The notes under the pieces: generated by a model
What the model saw: only the letters and a program-made list of their open reading frames with translations
The model's database searches: none
Told to the model about the DNA's origin: nothing
Source: a virus
Direction: 5' to 3' (one strand)
DNA length: 64,000 nucleotides
Virus record (IMG/VR): IMGVR_UViG_3300027901_000001
Part shown: in pieces, positions 62,334 through 64,000 of the stretch
Position numbering within the stretch: position 1 is the stretch's first letter
How the letters are laid out: each line of letters opens with the position of its first letter
Program-made: the position numbers and the translations under genes

Positions 62334-62379
62334 GGCCTACCTCCTCCCGAAGGAAAGCGAGGAAAGGGAAGGTGGCAGC

Positions 62380-62784
62380 CTACGTCGTTACCTGAGCATC
62401 GTCATAGTATCTGCGCCACTGGGCGTTGGAGAAGTAGACCGGCACGCCGGTTCCAGCGCCTCCGCCCTCACCGGTCTTCCGACCGTTGGAACAGAAAGCC
62501 GTGCGGCCTTCGTACCCGGTGGGCAGATCGACGAAGGCATATATCTCCTTGGCCGCCGCGTTGAGCGCGCCCTGGGTCGCCACCGCCGCGTCCCTGGCAT
62601 CCGGCGTCACGGAGACCGACAGGTTCCCGGCTACCACCTGGCTCTTAATGACCTCGTTGCCATCGAGGTCGCCGATGGTGATGTCGTTCCAGTTCTTGGT
62701 TTCTCCGGAAGCCACCTCGATGTTCGGTCCCGGAATAAAAATGGGGTCGCTGATGGCCCCGGTGTGAGTGATCGCTGCATCCAT
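62380..62784 (-). CDS. virion structural protein
   Basis: ATG at 62784; G..AFCSNGRK.GE..GAGTGVPVYF motif. Confidence 0.6.
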   Translation of the reverse strand: MDAAITHTGAISDPIFIPGPNIEVASGETKNWNDITIGDLDGNEVIKSQVVAGNLSVSVTPDARDAAVATQGALNAAAKEIYAFVDLPTGYEGRTAFCSNGRKTGEGGGAGTGVPVYFSNAQWRRYYDDAQVTT

Positions 62785-62855
62785 TTTTTTCCTCGCTGTT
62801 TCTCCTGGCGGTCCGACCGCCAAAAACCTCTAAGCCCTTGTTTCAGTACAACCGT

Positions 62856-64000
62856 TTATGCCGCCATCGCCGTGAACATCTGCTGGATACGGAACACGAT
62901 AAACTCGCCGGGCCTGTTGGGAGCGACGAATATATCGCAGATGACCTCACCCGCCTGCTCCACCTCCGGCGGGTTATTGGTCTCGTCACAGATAACCTGG
63001 AAGCCCTCACTGGGCTTGGTACCCGCAAAGATCCCCTGGTTGAACAGCCCCAGCAGGAAAGTTTCGACGCTGAGCTGGATCCGACCCCGCAGGGATGCGC
63101 CCACGTCCTCGAATACGAAACCGTGGGTGCTGTTGTAGATCGACGCCTTCAGGAAGTTGAAGAGCCGCCGCACGTGAACGAACTGGAAGTCGCCCGGCGG
63201 GCTCTCCAGCGTGCGCGCACCCCATACCACACGGCCGGTCTGCGGCGTATCCATGAGAGCGTTGACCTGGCTCTGGAAAAAGGTGTCGATTTCGGCGAAC
63301 TCCAGCCTGCGTTCCAGGCCGGTGGACCAGTTGAGCACGCCGTCCCTGGTCCCTGCCGGAGCCTTGCCCACGCTCCGATTCACATCCGTGCGCGCATATA
63401 CGCCCGCGATATGACCTTGGGGCGGGATATTCAGGCTGTTGTCCGTTACGGGATCCGCGATGGTGATGTAGGGGTAGTACAGCGCCGCGTAGCTGCTGGT
63501 AATGCCCAGCGTGTTACGCCGCCAGTCCTTGACCTGCTGCGGGTTCATGCCCGGCGGCGAGGCCAGGATAATGAACCACTTGCCGTTGGTCTCGGCTTCG
63601 GCCACCTGGTCGACCGCCATCGTCACGTTCCCGGCCGCGTCCGGAATGGCGATGTTGAGCAGCTCATCGGGCACCAACAGGGCGTACATGCCCTCTCTGG
63701 CCGTTTTCAGCGTCGGATCAGTCAGCTCGTTACGGCCGATAGACGCCGTTCCGTCTGAACCGCCGTAGAAATCGTCTTCATTAAGGGTGTCGCCCGGCTC
63801 CACGTAGTGCTGAGCATCGACCTTCGAGCCCGGAACCAGAGCTGTCGGCGGAGTCGCGTGCGAGGTCTCGGCCGCTGATACCGCTACAAGCGTCTTGAAC
63901 GCGAACTTGCCGTTTTCGTAGTCGACCTGATTGAAGCCCACCGGAGCCGCCGGATCGATATCGCCGATCAGGTTTCCGTTGCCATCGTCAGTGATGGTTC
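62856..64000 (-). CDS. tail sheath protein (5' end beyond window)
   Basis: VWGARTL, VHVRRLFNF, VICDETNN, APNRPGEFIVFRIQQ; frame open to 64000. Confidence 0.95.
   Translation of the reverse strand, partial: TITDDGNGNLIGDIDPAAPVGFNQVDYENGKFAFKTLVAVSAAETSHATPPTALVPGSKVDAQHYVEPGDTLNEDDFYGGSDGTASIGRNELTDPTLKTAREGMYALLVPDELLNIAIPDAAGNVTMAVDQVAEAETNGKWFIILASPPGMNPQQVKDWRRNTLGITSSYAALYYPYITIADPVTDNSLNIPPQGHIAGVYARTDVNRSVGKAPAGTRDGVLNWSTGLERRLEFAEIDTFFQSQVNALMDTPQTGRVVWGARTLESPPGDFQFVHVRRLFNFLKASIYNSTHGFVFEDVGASLRGRIQLSVETFLLGLFNQGIFAGTKPSEGFQVICDETNNPPEVEQAGEVICDIFVAPNRPGEFIVFRIQQMFTAMAA

Noticed and set aside
165-63768. Long plus-strand ORFs (for example 5050..6093, 22407..23642, 26023..27432, 54289..55320, 56039..57028, 62838..63758)
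   Set aside because: Antisense shadows of GC-rich minus-strand genes with recognisable motifs; they show no motifs or ribosome sites of their own
1-64000. CRISPR array, tRNA, rRNA, IS element or integrase
   Set aside because: No regularly spaced direct repeats (the palindromes are kb apart and inside genes); no cloverleaf, transposase or integrase motifs noticed by eye. A tRNAscan or cmscan run would be needed to exclude RNA genes
29475-64000. Interpretation as a bacterial eCIS or tailocin locus
   Set aside because: Contiguous with about 50 small phage-type accessory genes, has a long tape measure gene with a G/GT-type frameshift, and contains no host housekeeping genes

Overview
The window is 64 kb from the inside of a large GC-rich tailed-phage (myovirus-type) genome. 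Every credible gene is on the minus strand; the long plus-strand ORFs are shadows. Reading in gene direction (64 kb to 0): (i) 64-29.5 kb is a contractile-tail module resembling contractile injection systems (CIS): sheath, two gp19-like tube genes, a gp26-like chaperone with a -1 frameshift site, tape measure, LysM, hub, spike, gp25, baseplate J and wedge. It has an intact patatin, an HExxH peptidase, and an AT-richer fibre locus holding four W-C paralogues, a relic of a fifth and a radical SAM gene. (ii) 29.5-17.5 kb holds membrane/lysis-like genes and proteins built from basic modules joined by acidic L-x-E linkers, some with a shared MG[LFI]AxxLxEA leader. These are candidate protease-processed head cargo and include an ASCH / degenerate zincin / RelA-SpoT fusion. 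(iii) 17.5-0 kb is about 50 small accessory genes with four sigma70-like promoters, three of them apparently leaderless. It includes three adjacent Tat-signal genes, Gp157, a DUF3037-like gene, a methyltransferase, YkgJ and ASCH genes. The strongest signals the genes do not explain are a 16-bp palindrome, R-GGCAGTCGACTGCC-Y, dispersed seven times inside ORFs in three reading frames, and one perfect chromosomal-type parS (TGTTTCACGTGAAACA) inside a gene. No capsid, terminase, integrase, ParA/ParB, reverse transcriptase, tRNA or CRISPR array was recognised. Family assignments come from motif recognition by eye; no database search was run.
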